This document shows, piece after piece, positions 18,872-28,029 of a stretch of DNA of 59,624 nt. The first letter of the stretch is position 1, and each line of letters begins with the position of its first letter. This stretch comes from Candidatus Dadabacteria bacterium. Its GTDB lineage: Bacteria; Desulfobacterota_D; UBA1144; Nemesobacterales; CSP1-2. Both the position numbers and the translations under genes were made by a program. The stretch spans positions 40,892 through 100,515 of the forward strand of contig PSLL01000009.1 of the NCBI GenBank assembly GCA_040289575.1. Reading direction: 5' to 3'. Below the pieces are notes generated by a model. The model worked only from the letters and a program-made list of their open reading frames with translations, was not told the origin of the DNA and made no database searches.

Positions 18872-19878
18872 CAGGATTTATCTCCTATAAACTCAATTAA
18901 ATCCACTACCCTCGATGAATAGCCATATTCGTTATCATACCAGCCTAGAACCTTAACGAGTGTACCACCTACGACGGTAGTAAGAGACGAATCAAAAACA
19001 CCGGAGTGGGTATCGCCTATAAAATCCGAAGAGACAAGCTCCTCGTCGAGATACCTCAAATATCCCTTAAGCTCCCCCTCAGCAGCTTCTTTAAATCTCC
19101 TGTTTACCTCTTCGACAGTTGTAGATTTTTCAACCTCACATGTAAAATCAACAAGCGATACATCTGCAGTAGGAACCCTCATAGCCACAGAACTCAATTT
19201 CCCCTTCAAGTCAGGGAATATCAACTCAATCGCCTTTGCCGCCCCGGTGCTTGTGGGAATTATAGACATCGCCGCGGCACGCGCCCTTCTTAAATCCTTA
19301 TGTGGAGCATCTAGAATCCTCTGATCATTCGTATAGGAATGGATTGTAGACATCTCTCCTCTTTTAATCTTGAAATTCTCATGTAGAACCTTCACAAGCA
19401 TCGCAAAGCAGTTTGTTGTACATGAGGCATTTGATATTATGTGATGCTTCGAAGGGTTATAATCACTTTGATTTACACCGAGAACAGCAGTGAGATCAAC
19501 ATCACCCTTAGCGGGTGCAGTGATTATAACCTTTTTTACTGTATCACGTATATGCTTTGATGCGGCATCCCCCGAGGTAAATAACCCGCTTGCCTCCACA
19601 ACCAGATCCGCCTTTACATCCCCCCAGGGAATCTTAGCCGGATCTTTTTCAGAAAAAACCCTTATTGATTTTCCATCCACTATAATGTGGCTGTCTTCCG
19701 ATTTAACTTCACCTTTATATCGACCAAAGATAGAATCATATTTAAAAAGATGTGCAAGCGTCTTAGCATCCGTAATATCATTGACCCCAACAAAATCTAT
19801 TCCCTTTCTGCCAAGGCCGATTCGGAGTACATTTCTTCCAATCCTCCCGAATCCATTAATACCTACTCTGATTGACAT
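18871..19878 (-). CDS. gap: Glyceraldehyde-3-phosphate dehydrogenase type I
   Basis: GINGFGRIGR, SNASCTTNC, WYDNEYGYS. Confidence 0.97.
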   Translation of the reverse strand: MSIRVGINGFGRIGRNVLRIGLGRKGIDFVGVNDITDAKTLAHLFKYDSIFGRYKGEVKSEDSHIIVDGKSIRVFSEKDPAKIPWGDVKADLVVEASGLFTSGDAASKHIRDTVKKVIITAPAKGDVDLTAVLGVNQSDYNPSKHHIISNASCTTNCFAMLVKVLHENFKIKRGEMSTIHSYTNDQRILDAPHKDLRRARAAAMSIIPTSTGAAKAIELIFPDLKGKLSSVAMRVPTADVSLVDFTCEVEKSTTVEEVNRRFKEAAEGELKGYLRYLDEELVSSDFIGDTHSGVFDSSLTTVVGGTLVKVLGWYDNEYGYSSRVVDLIEFIGDKS

Positions 19879-20077
19879 TGTTCTCCTCCAAAGGTTGGCT
19901 TTTCTTTAGAGATATATTTGTCGTTACTTCAATTTAATATTACCCCTCACAGTCAGTGGAATCAAGATTTTTGTGTAATAGCCCCGACTCTATAATATAT
20001 AGTATTGCTTATATCTTTTTGCCTAAGTCTATAGGGTAATTCAGAACAGATTCAGAACGGATAAAGAGTTATAAAGA

Positions 20078-20117
20078 TGTGTAGTAATACACTACAGTGG
20101 GTGTGTATCATTACACA
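20078..20117 (+). promoter_or_regulatory. Twin palindromic sites TGTGTA-N4-TACAC(A/T); candidate bEBP enhancer (UAS)
   Basis: TGTGTAgtaaTACACT (20078-20093) and TGTGTAtcatTACACA (20102-20117), 24 bp apart, about 90-125 bp upstream of a sigma54 -24/-12 element. Confidence 0.6.
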
Positions 20118-20202
20118 ATCGATGTGCCTTCATATTATCTCTGATTTCTCTTTCTGTCTATAACTTTCCATAAAAACTGAAAATCGAGAATATTAGGCCT
20201 TA

Positions 20203-20218
20203 TGGCATGGATATTGCG
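20203..20218 (+). promoter_or_regulatory. Sigma54 (-24/-12) promoter
   Basis: TGGCAT-GGATA-TTGCG with exact GG-N10-GC spacing, followed by GAGGAGG RBS and ATG at 20255. Confidence 0.75.
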
Positions 20219-20254
20219 CCTATAAACGTAAAACACATCGAGGAGGTATTTAAG

Positions 20255-20608
20255 ATGAGAAAGTTGTTCATATCTGCAGCCATAGCATTAGGACTGGTCC
20301 TCAGTGGAGCAAGCGTATTTGCTAGTGACACAAAGGCAGGACAAACAGAAATGAAGGGGGACACACAGCATGTAACCCAGCTCAGCGGCAAGATAACCGA
20401 TATTAAAAGCGATAGCTTCATGCTTAAGGATCAGATGGGCAAAACCCACAAGATCACACCCGCCGATCCATCGGAGCTCGCAAAGGTCAATGTCGGCGAT
20501 GATGTCACTGTTGATATAAGAGATGGAAAAGCGGTTACAATTAATAAGACTGAATCTGTAGAGGGAAGCAACCCGAAACAGGAGAACCAAAAGGATAACA
20601 ACTATTAA
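20255..20608 (+). CDS. Small exported protein (signal peptide, probable OB-fold-like beta domain)
   Basis: Strong RBS, signal peptide MRKLFISAAIALGLVLSGASVFA, GKITDI...VNVGDDVTV pattern. Confidence 0.75.
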   Translation: MRKLFISAAIALGLVLSGASVFASDTKAGQTEMKGDTQHVTQLSGKITDIKSDSFMLKDQMGKTHKITPADPSELAKVNVGDDVTVDIRDGKAVTINKTESVEGSNPKQENQKDNNY

Positions 20609-20623
20609 GTCATAACTCGGAAA

Positions 20624-20660
20624 GAAAGGGGCAGGTATATCAATTTATACTGCTCCTTTC
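20624..20660 (+). other. Intercistronic stem-loop
   Basis: gaaaggggcaggtata / tatactgctcctttc, near-perfect inverted repeat. Confidence 0.5.
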
Positions 20661-20689
20661 TGAGATGTTTTAGCCCTAATAAGGAGGGT

Positions 20690-21022
20690 TTGATTATAAT
20701 GAAAAGTGTAATCAAAATTTCAGGCTTAGTTATAGCTCTAGTATTTATAGTTGCATTTATTAGTTGCGCCGGTAATCGCACTCATGAGAGCACGGGACAG
20801 TATATAGATGATAGTACCATCACCACAAAAGTAAAAGCCGCGCTCTTAGCCGATCCCGATGTAAGCGGGCTTGATGTTAATGTAGAGACCTTTAAAGGAG
20901 TAGTCCAACTGAGCGGATTTGTTGATGATCAGAAACAAGCCAACAGGGCGGTTGAGATTGCGCGGAGTGTTAATGGCGTTAAGGGGGTTGAAAATAGGCT
21001 CACTGTAAAAGGAAGTCAATAA
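20690..21022 (+). CDS. BON-domain (OsmY-like) lipoprotein
   Basis: Lipobox ISC-AG, YIDDSTITTKVKAALL, VNVETFKGVVQLSGFV, SVNGVKGVENRL. Confidence 0.9.
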   Translation: MIIMKSVIKISGLVIALVFIVAFISCAGNRTHESTGQYIDDSTITTKVKAALLADPDVSGLDVNVETFKGVVQLSGFVDDQKQANRAVEIARSVNGVKGVENRLTVKGSQ

Positions 21023-21075
21023 TATACCTAAAATCACTATAGAATTTAAAATAACCATTCCTATCTCTTTTCCTT

Positions 21076-21115
21076 GGGTGCTGCCAGAGTAAGCTCTTCT
21101 CTCCTGGCAGTGCCC
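21076..21115 (+). terminator. Putative terminator hairpin after BON gene
   Basis: gggtgctgccag/ctggcagtgccc 12-bp stem with 2 GU pairs; imperfect U tract. Confidence 0.4.
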
Positions 21116-21282
21116 TAAATTTTTAGACTCTATATTAAGTCCAATAGCACGGTCAGACAAATTAAGCACAGTCGAGAAAGTCACAGAGAGATCAAGCTCC
21201 ATTTTTTATCCATTACAATCTCTGAGTAAAATCCCTATCAAAATTTGCATTTGCCGCGATTCCCAGATATTTTTCAAGTGTC

Positions 21283-22323
21283 ATGGAAAAGAAAAAGATT
21301 GCAGTACTGGGAGCAAGCGGATATACAGGAAGCGACCTTCTCAGGCTTCTTCTCCTACATCCTAAAGCGGAAGTGATTTACACAACGGCTGAGAAACACG
21401 CCGGGAAGAGAATCTCAGATATTCTCCCGCATCTTAGGGATTTTATAAATCTGGAACTTCAGCCGCTTGATGTGAAATCAATCCCAGACGAGATTGATGT
21501 TGTCTTTACCGCACTCCCCCATGGAACATCTGTGAAAGCAGTCAAAGAACTCCTTGAGAGAGGAAAAAGAGTTATAGATTTAGGCGCCGACTTTAGACTG
21601 AGCTATCCGGTCTATAAGAAATGGTACGGGGAACATCTGTGTCCTGAAATCATCTCCCAGGCAGTCTATGGAATCACAGAGCTATTTGCATCTGAGATTG
21701 CAAAAACAAGGCTTGTGGCAAACCCAGGGTGCTATCCCGAATCTTCAATCCTTGGGCTTGCTCCCATTCTTAAAAGGAGAATTGTGGAAGAGAACTCAAT
21801 AATAATCGATTCGAAATCCGGTGTTTCAGGTGCGGGGAGATCTCCTGAACTCGCCTACCACTTCTGCGAGGTAAATGAAGGAGTAAAGGCCTACAAGGTC
21901 GGAGAGCATCGCCACACACCTGAAATTGAGGAGGTTCTCTCAAACTACTCGGGACTTGATGTAAGAGTCTTATTCACGCCTCATTTGATCCCAATGGATA
22001 GAGGCATTCTTTCAACTATTTATGTGAGATTAAAAGAGGAGATAACAACCAAGGAGCTTATCGATCTCTATGAGAATTTCTATGAAGGGAAAAGATTCAT
22101 AAGAATCACGCCTGAGAAAATATATCCCTCAACAGGGGACGTTCGGGGCTCAAACTTCTGCGACATAGGGATAAAGTCAAATCCCAAGAACAAAACTGCG
22201 ATTATAATATCAGTTCTTGATAACTTAGTAAAAGGGGCATCAGGTCAAGCAATACAAAACATGAACGTCATGCTGGGATTTCCCGAATACCTAGGGCTTG
22301 ATATGCCCCCTGTGTTTCCCTAG
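21283..22323 (+). CDS. argC: N-acetyl-gamma-glutamyl-phosphate reductase
   Basis: GASGYTG, ALPHG, VANPGCYP, SGVSGAGR, HRHTPEI, DNLVKGASGQA. Confidence 0.96.
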   Translation: MEKKKIAVLGASGYTGSDLLRLLLLHPKAEVIYTTAEKHAGKRISDILPHLRDFINLELQPLDVKSIPDEIDVVFTALPHGTSVKAVKELLERGKRVIDLGADFRLSYPVYKKWYGEHLCPEIISQAVYGITELFASEIAKTRLVANPGCYPESSILGLAPILKRRIVEENSIIIDSKSGVSGAGRSPELAYHFCEVNEGVKAYKVGEHRHTPEIEEVLSNYSGLDVRVLFTPHLIPMDRGILSTIYVRLKEEITTKELIDLYENFYEGKRFIRITPEKIYPSTGDVRGSNFCDIGIKSNPKNKTAIIISVLDNLVKGASGQAIQNMNVMLGFPEYLGLDMPPVFP

Positions 22324-22479
22324 TATCTTTATTATTCCTCATTTCAGCATGATTATTGTGTGTATGTATCCCTGTAAAGATTCTTCATTTCTGATAATCC
22401 GAGTTGCCGAGCAAAATTATTGTATCCGTTCTTACGGCACCAGGGCATCACTTATGACCGTAGATAAAGAACCGGAGTA

Positions 22480-23664
22480 CTATGCCTCATTCCGTAGAGA
22501 CGTGATTAATCGCGTCTCTACCGTCCTTATCCTTTCTACAACTCTGGGAAGAACCTCAATCACCCGATCTATATCCTCTTTTTCTGTAAATCTCCCTAGG
22601 CTGAATCTGAGGGATGAGAGGGCAAGCTCTTTGGATAGACCCATAGCAAGAAGAACATGGGATGGTTCAATGTTTCCTTCAGAGCAGGCTGAGCCGGTTG
22701 ATACAGCGATTCCTTCAATGTCTAGATTCATTACAAGCGATTCGCCTTCTACTCCATCAAAACTCAGGTTCAGAGTATTTGAAAGCCTCCTTTCAGGATG
22801 GCCGTTTAATCTCACTCCGCTTATTCTTCTTAATATCTCATCATAAAGCCCATCCCTCAATTCCTTTATTCTGATCCCTGACTTTTGGCTTGTGACATCC
22901 TCTCTAACAGTCTCACACGCCTTTCCGAGCCCTACAATTCCGGCGACATTCTCAGTGCCTGAGCGCATTCCCCTTTCCTGTCCCCCTCCATGAATAAGCG
23001 CTCTGAGTTTTACCCCATCCCTTATAAAGAGCGCGCCTACCCCCTTTGGACCATAGAGCTTATGACTCGAAAGAGAAAGGAGGTCAACAGGGAGACTATT
23101 TAAATTTATGTCAATCTTCCCTACAGCCTGAATGGCGTCTATATGAAAAATAACCCCCTTTTCTTTCACAATCTCCGCAATCTCTCTTATAGGCATAATC
23201 ACGCCCGTTTCGTTACTTGCAAACATAACAGAGACGAGGATTGTGCTATCGGTTATTGCCCCTTTGAGTTCTTCCAGATCAATAAGACCGTGCCTATCCA
23301 CACCGAGATAGGTAACTTGGAATCCATGAGTTTCAAGAAACCTGTATGTTTCAAGGACGGATGCATGTTCGACCTGAGTGGTAATTAAATGATTTCCTCT
23401 TTCCCTTAGCCCAAAGGCAACCCCTTTTATCGCAAAGTTATTACTCTCGCTTCCGCCGCTTGTAAAAACAATTTCTTTAGGATGCGCTCCAAGAAGCTCG
23501 GCAACCCGCTCCCTTGAATCATCAATCGCGGCTTTCCCAGCCCTTCCAAACGAGTGTATACTCGAAGGGTTCCCAAACTCCTCTTTCATAAAGGGAGTCA
23601 TCGCCTCAAAAACACGAGGATCAACGGGTGTCGTTGCGTTGTAGTCTAAATATACTTTTTTCAT
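22480..23664 (-). CDS. iscS: Cysteine desulfurase, group I (IscS/NifS)
   Basis: YLDYNATT start at 23664, SSHKLYGPKG (PLP Lys), STGSACS (catalytic Cys), LRFSLGR. Confidence 0.93.
   Translation of the reverse strand: MKKVYLDYNATTPVDPRVFEAMTPFMKEEFGNPSSIHSFGRAGKAAIDDSRERVAELLGAHPKEIVFTSGGSESNNFAIKGVAFGLRERGNHLITTQVEHASVLETYRFLETHGFQVTYLGVDRHGLIDLEELKGAITDSTILVSVMFASNETGVIMPIREIAEIVKEKGVIFHIDAIQAVGKIDINLNSLPVDLLSLSSHKLYGPKGVGALFIRDGVKLRALIHGGGQERGMRSGTENVAGIVGLGKACETVREDVTSQKSGIRIKELRDGLYDEILRRISGVRLNGHPERRLSNTLNLSFDGVEGESLVMNLDIEGIAVSTGSACSEGNIEPSHVLLAMGLSKELALSSLRFSLGRFTEKEDIDRVIEVLPRVVERIRTVETRLITSLRNEA
22494..22521. repeat. GTAG-type REP palindrome inside the iscS 3' end
   Basis: GTAGAGACGTGATTAATCGCGTCTCTAC; 9-bp perfect arms GTAGAGACG/CGTCTCTAC. 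Confidence 0.8.
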
Positions 23665-23734
23665 AAAATTTAAAGTCTCGTGTATTTGTAGAATAAACCG
23701 CAAACACACTGGGAAGTTTAGTGATCTTTTATTC

Positions 23735-24493
23735 CTATGGCCTTCGCCCGCCAAAAACAGCCAGTTCAAATACCTTGAAATAACAATCCACATCGGTAAA
23801 ACCGATTCTACGCAACCAATCACATTGCGTTTCTATGGGAGCAAGTATGTTCACCTCCTTGTCGGAACGGTTACGAAATTCCTCCACAACCTGACTTCGA
23901 GTCTTTTGAGAACCCTCCGCTAAATACATATCATACAAAGAATTAATAAAATACTCTTCAAATACGTATTCAATCCACCTTGTTGGAGAAGAGACATGCT
24001 CAATATTGAGAAATATACCGCCGGGTTTCAACAGGCTGTAAATTTCACCATATAGTTCCTGCTTCTTCCTATCCGGTTGATGATGAATTGAAAATCCAGA
24101 TACAATGACATCAAATGGTGCTATTTTACTTATAGAATCTAACCAATAGCTACTGGTATAATCAAGGGTCATAAAGTCCAGATTAGAGGCGTAATCTCTT
24201 AGCTTTTCGCGGGCGGCCTCAATCATCGGACTGGAAAAATCCAACAATACTCCTCTTGACTCTGGATATTTCTCAAGAATTGCCGCTGATAAAATCCCAT
24301 CTCCACAGCCAAGGTCTAAAAAATTAGTAACAGGTTTTCGGGTTGCTGAAATTAATCTCATCATAACCTCGATCTGTTCGGCGGCTAGAGGCACAGCTCT
24401 GCGAACACCGGTGAGGTATCTTTCTACAGTTAATGGAGATTTCCAAACTTCATCTTTACGGTTTTGCATAGTCATTTGGCCTTTTAAATACAA
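23735..24493 (-). CDS. Class I SAM-dependent methyltransferase (CmoA-like)
   Basis: FLDLGCGDG, LLDFSSPM, FSIHH, LKPGGIFLN. Confidence 0.88.
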   Translation of the reverse strand: MYLKGQMTMQNRKDEVWKSPLTVERYLTGVRRAVPLAAEQIEVMMRLISATRKPVTNFLDLGCGDGILSAAILEKYPESRGVLLDFSSPMIEAAREKLRDYASNLDFMTLDYTSSYWLDSISKIAPFDVIVSGFSIHHQPDRKKQELYGEIYSLLKPGGIFLNIEHVSSPTRWIEYVFEEYFINSLYDMYLAEGSQKTRSQVVEEFRNRSDKEVNILAPIETQCDWLRRIGFTDVDCYFKVFELAVFGGRRP

Positions 24494-24556
24494 ATGAAAA
24501 TTTGCCCAAAGAGGACGATAATTGCTAATTTAAAAGGGGTATTATACGGGTCGCTA

Positions 24557-25225
24557 TCACTTTGTTTTCACTACTTTAAGGACTTCGCCTTCTAATTTAG
24601 TTTCCTCTGTCTTATTTTCCAGAGAACTAATGCGCTTCTCAAGCTCCTTTATCCGCTCAGGGTCGGGGAGTTTATTGTGCTCAAGGCCGGGGTATACGGG
24701 AAATTCCTCTTTGAGAACTATCTTTCCGGGTATTCCTACAACGGTTGAATTCGGCGGCACATCCACAATCACAACAGAGTTCGCGCCAATCTTACTACTT
24801 GAGCCCACAGTAAGTGGGCCTAAAATCTTTGCCCCGGCTCCGATTGTGACATTGCTTTCGATTGTCGGATGACGCTTGCCTCTTGTAAAGCTCGTCCCGC
24901 CGAGTGTGACCCCGTGATAAATCGTAACGTTGTCCCCTATCTCAGATGTCTCTCCGATTACAACGCCCATTCCGTGATCAATGAAAAAGCCCTTTCCTAT
25001 TTTAGCTCCCGGATGAATCTCAATCCCCGTAAGAAAACGGGAAATATGTGATAAAACCCTTCCAAAGAGTTTCAAATTATTATTCCAGAACCAGTGGGCT
25101 ATACGATGGAGAAATATCGCATGAAATCCGGGATAGGCAAATACCACCTCAAGGGCACTTCTTGCGGCGGGGGCTCTCTCAAAAACTGCATTAAAATCGG
25201 ACTTAATCTCCTTAAAAATATCCAT
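24557..25225 (-). CDS. cysE: Serine O-acetyltransferase
   Basis: [40 protein letters not shown]. Confidence 0.95.
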   Translation of the reverse strand: MDIFKEIKSDFNAVFERAPAARSALEVVFAYPGFHAIFLHRIAHWFWNNNLKLFGRVLSHISRFLTGIEIHPGAKIGKGFFIDHGMGVVIGETSEIGDNVTIYHGVTLGGTSFTRGKRHPTIESNVTIGAGAKILGPLTVGSSSKIGANSVVIVDVPPNSTVVGIPGKIVLKEEFPVYPGLEHNKLPDPERIKELEKRISSLENKTEETKLEGEVLKVVKTK

Positions 25226-25299
25226 ACGCTATATTCTAATCCATAAAAATAAAAAGCAAAATAATGGCCGATTTTCTGAATCGGATTATCAATATTGGG

Positions 25300-26007
25300 T
25301 TAAATCAAATCCGGTTTATTTGTAACTATTCCGTCCAATCCCATATCTTTTAACTTCTCCGCTTCTTCCCGAATATCAACAGTCCACGTAATTATTATCA
25401 ATCCGCTACTATGTGCCTTTTTGACTAAGTCCTCTGTTATAAAATTGTGAAAAGGGGCAACCGCATCTGCAAGGCACCCTTTTGCAAGCCCTATTGGATC
25501 GGGAGATGAGTAAAGAATGAGACCCGTCCTTATCCTGGGCTCTAAATCCTTTACCCTCTTTATCAAATCCGGATAGAAAGACACAACAAACACATCCCCA
25601 ATTAAACTGTTCTCAATCACCAGGCTTATAACCCCACCTTCCGTGCCTGGTTCCTTTAGTTCAATTACAAATCCCGTCTTCCCCTTTGCCAAATCAATGA
25701 CCTCTTCGAATGTCGGGATTCTCTCCCCTTTCCCCGCATCGAGTCTCCTAAGCTCGCTAAGCGTCTTTTCCCTTACCAGCCCATTACCGTTTGTTGTTCT
25801 ATCCACCCTTTCATCATGCATAATTACAAGATGCCTATCCCGAGATAATCTCACATCGAACTCTATCATATCCGCCCTCATCTTTATTGCCTTTTTAAAA
25901 GAGCGAATGGTATTTTCAGGCTCGTATGCACTTGCGCCGCGATGGGCTATCTTGATGAAGCGTTGATTGTTGATTTCGGTTTGGCTCATGTCACTTAATA
26001 TACCCAA
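25300..26007 (-). CDS. Glycerophosphodiester phosphodiesterase
   Basis: IAHRGAS, PENT, IEFDV, HD..VDRTTNG, IELK, WTVD, TNKPD. Confidence 0.92.
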   Translation of the reverse strand: MGILSDMSQTEINNQRFIKIAHRGASAYEPENTIRSFKKAIKMRADMIEFDVRLSRDRHLVIMHDERVDRTTNGNGLVREKTLSELRRLDAGKGERIPTFEEVIDLAKGKTGFVIELKEPGTEGGVISLVIENSLIGDVFVVSFYPDLIKRVKDLEPRIRTGLILYSSPDPIGLAKGCLADAVAPFHNFITEDLVKKAHSSGLIIITWTVDIREEAEKLKDMGLDGIVTNKPDLI

Positions 26008-26021
26008 TGTGTATAAAACTC

Positions 26022-26050
26022 GTTGCCATGTTTATTAAAAACAGTAGAAT
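26022..26050 (+). promoter_or_regulatory. Sigma70 promoter, probably a near-leaderless transcript
   Basis: TTGCCA-N17-TAGAAT, ending 9 nt before ATG 26060; no SD. Confidence 0.55.
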
Positions 26051-26059
26051 GATAGCCAA

Positions 26060-26944
26060 ATGGAGATTCCTTTAAGGGATTTTATCCGCCTCATTAGACC
26101 ACACCATTGGATAAAAAACCTCCTTATCTTTGCCCCTCCATTCTTCGGCGGAGCATTCTTAATAGAGTGGGATTTGTTCTTAAAAATGGCTCAAGCCTTT
26201 GTTGCCTTTTCTTTCGCCTCTTCAACGGGATATGTAATTAACGACTTGATGGATGCAAGAACCGACCGACTCCACCCGAAAAAAAGGTTTCGCCCTATAG
26301 CATTGGGAAGCGTAAGTACATATCAGGCAGTCGCGCTAGTTTTAATAATATTTACCCTATCAATAGGACTCTCCCTTAGGTTTGGTGGTATCTTTCTTTT
26401 AATTATTTTTCTCTACCTAATACTTAGCCTGGCATACTCATTCTTTCTACAGCACATAGTAATTCTGGATGCCTTTAGTATCGCCTTTGGCTTTGTCCTT
26501 AGGATAGAAGCAGGAGGCAAGGCCTCAAAAATAGAGATTTCAAGCTGGCTGTTTCTTACAACATTCCTCCTTTCCCTACTTCTAGCCTTTGGAAAAAGGC
26601 GTTTTGAACTTGAATCATCAGGCAGCTCAGCGTCCTTTAGAAGAGTCCTCTCCGAATACAAGACGGGTTTTCTCGATACGGTCCTTGGCATTTTTGCAAC
26701 CACAGCAATTGTGACCTATTCAATCTATGCTGTAGATAGAGGTCCAAAAGAGTTTATAATCACTGTCCCTTTTGTATGCTACGGTGTTCTTCGTTATATG
26801 TATCTTGTTCAGACCGATACAAGTGGAGACCCCACCGATGCGCTTCTTAAGGATAAATGGCTCTTTATGTGTGTGGTGTTATGGATAATAGTTACAGCAT
26901 TAATTATATATCTCCCCATTTATATCCTTCACCTCTTTAGATAG
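26060..26944 (+). CDS. UbiA-family prenyltransferase (decaprenyl-phosphate phosphoribosyltransferase type)
   Basis: RPHHWIKN, NDLMDARTDRLHPKKRFRPIALG, FGKRRFEL, multiple TM segments. Confidence 0.88.
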   Translation: MEIPLRDFIRLIRPHHWIKNLLIFAPPFFGGAFLIEWDLFLKMAQAFVAFSFASSTGYVINDLMDARTDRLHPKKRFRPIALGSVSTYQAVALVLIIFTLSIGLSLRFGGIFLLIIFLYLILSLAYSFFLQHIVILDAFSIAFGFVLRIEAGGKASKIEISSWLFLTTFLLSLLLAFGKRRFELESSGSSASFRRVLSEYKTGFLDTVLGIFATTAIVTYSIYAVDRGPKEFIITVPFVCYGVLRYMYLVQTDTSGDPTDALLKDKWLFMCVVLWIIVTALIIYLPIYILHLFR

Positions 26945-27035
26945 TATTCGGAGAAAGGGGGCGCGAATGGCTTTTATACACCTACCACTTCTTAATTGGA
27001 TAAAAATCAAGGTAAGTTCAATAAAAGATATTCCA

Positions 27036-27065
27036 ATAGGGGCAAGGAGTGCCTCGCCCCAGTAC
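27036..27065. repeat. REP-like palindrome / bidirectional terminator
   Basis: ATAGGGGCAAGGAGTGCCTCGCCCCAGTAC followed by T5, between convergent genes. Confidence 0.55.
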
Positions 27066-27073
27066 TTTTTATC

Positions 27074-27957
27074 CTAGCCCTCTACCCCTCTTTCTACAAG
27101 CACCTCCTGAGGAGGAAGTTCACCATAGTATGGAGAAGATTCATCATATAGAGCCTTTATATGGGACTTTGGCATATCGGGGAGCTCCTCAGATAATCCA
27201 AACATCCTGCAGATATGCTTTACCTCCTCATCCCTTCCAGGAAGCGGATCCATTGGCTGAATCATTTTCCTTCTCCTTAATTCCTCCTTAACCTCAGGGT
27301 CTTCTTTAAGCGGATTTCCGTATTCATTGAGGTGAAATAGTCTATCAAAACGCTTCCTCGGTCTTTGCCCCGGAGATTCCCTACAGCCATAAGCCATATC
27401 GGAACAATATTATCAGGAACCCCCAAAACCTTTGGAAACTCTGAGGGCTTCCGCCCGGTTGCCAGAAGACAGCACCCAAGTCCAAGCTCGGTTGCTACGA
27501 GCATCGCATGGGCTATAGCCTGCCCGGCTTCAATTCTAAGCAGGGCCTCCGTTCTCTCGCGGGGAAAACTCATAAGACGAGGATAGGTCACCTCTGTAAG
27601 TAACTTATATGTCCAACCGTGGGCCGCTGTTACTGCCCTTGCAGGAAATAGCACCGCAAATGATTGGACCAATTCCTTATACCAGGCATCGAGATTTAGG
27701 AGCCAAGCAATGACAATTGGAGCCTGACGCAGGTGTATTTCATTAAATGGCGACGCGCACTCAACGATCTTCTCGAATTTCTCCTTTGGATAGGTTCTCT
27801 TATCAATCACTATCGCTTCGGTTGAGCCGCAGTTGCCCTGGCAAGATGCATACCTTGCCCCTTGAAGCATCATATGAATCTTCCATTCTTCCACAGGCTT
27901 CCAGGGTTTAAAAAACCTTATACTTCTCCTTGACCCTATTGCTTCCATGAGTTCCAT
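27074..27957 (-). pseudogene. Nitroreductase-family protein split by a frameshift near 27380
   Basis: RRSIRFF N-terminus, ELGLGCCL, IWLMAVG, then continuation ESPGQRPRKRFDRLF...MFGL in the -1 frame. Confidence 0.8.
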
Positions 27958-28029
27958 TATCTCTCCCTCCTTATATTATTTACTCGACACTCACCCTGTA
28001 GAGGTAAGCCTCATTCAAATGAATTCGTA

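Noticed and set aside
20034-20047. AGGGTAATTCAGAAC-like motif also at ~42686-42700
   Set aside because: Only two copies, with an indel and no consistent position relative to starts.
22418-22432. 15-nt match AGAACGGATACAATA shared with 36600-36614
   Set aside because: A few 15-mer matches are expected by chance in 60 kb; no palindrome or further copies.
25254-25270. Sigma54-like CGGCCA-N5-TTGCT upstream of cysE
   Set aside because: Poor -24 element, no visible enhancer room or SD; probably chance.
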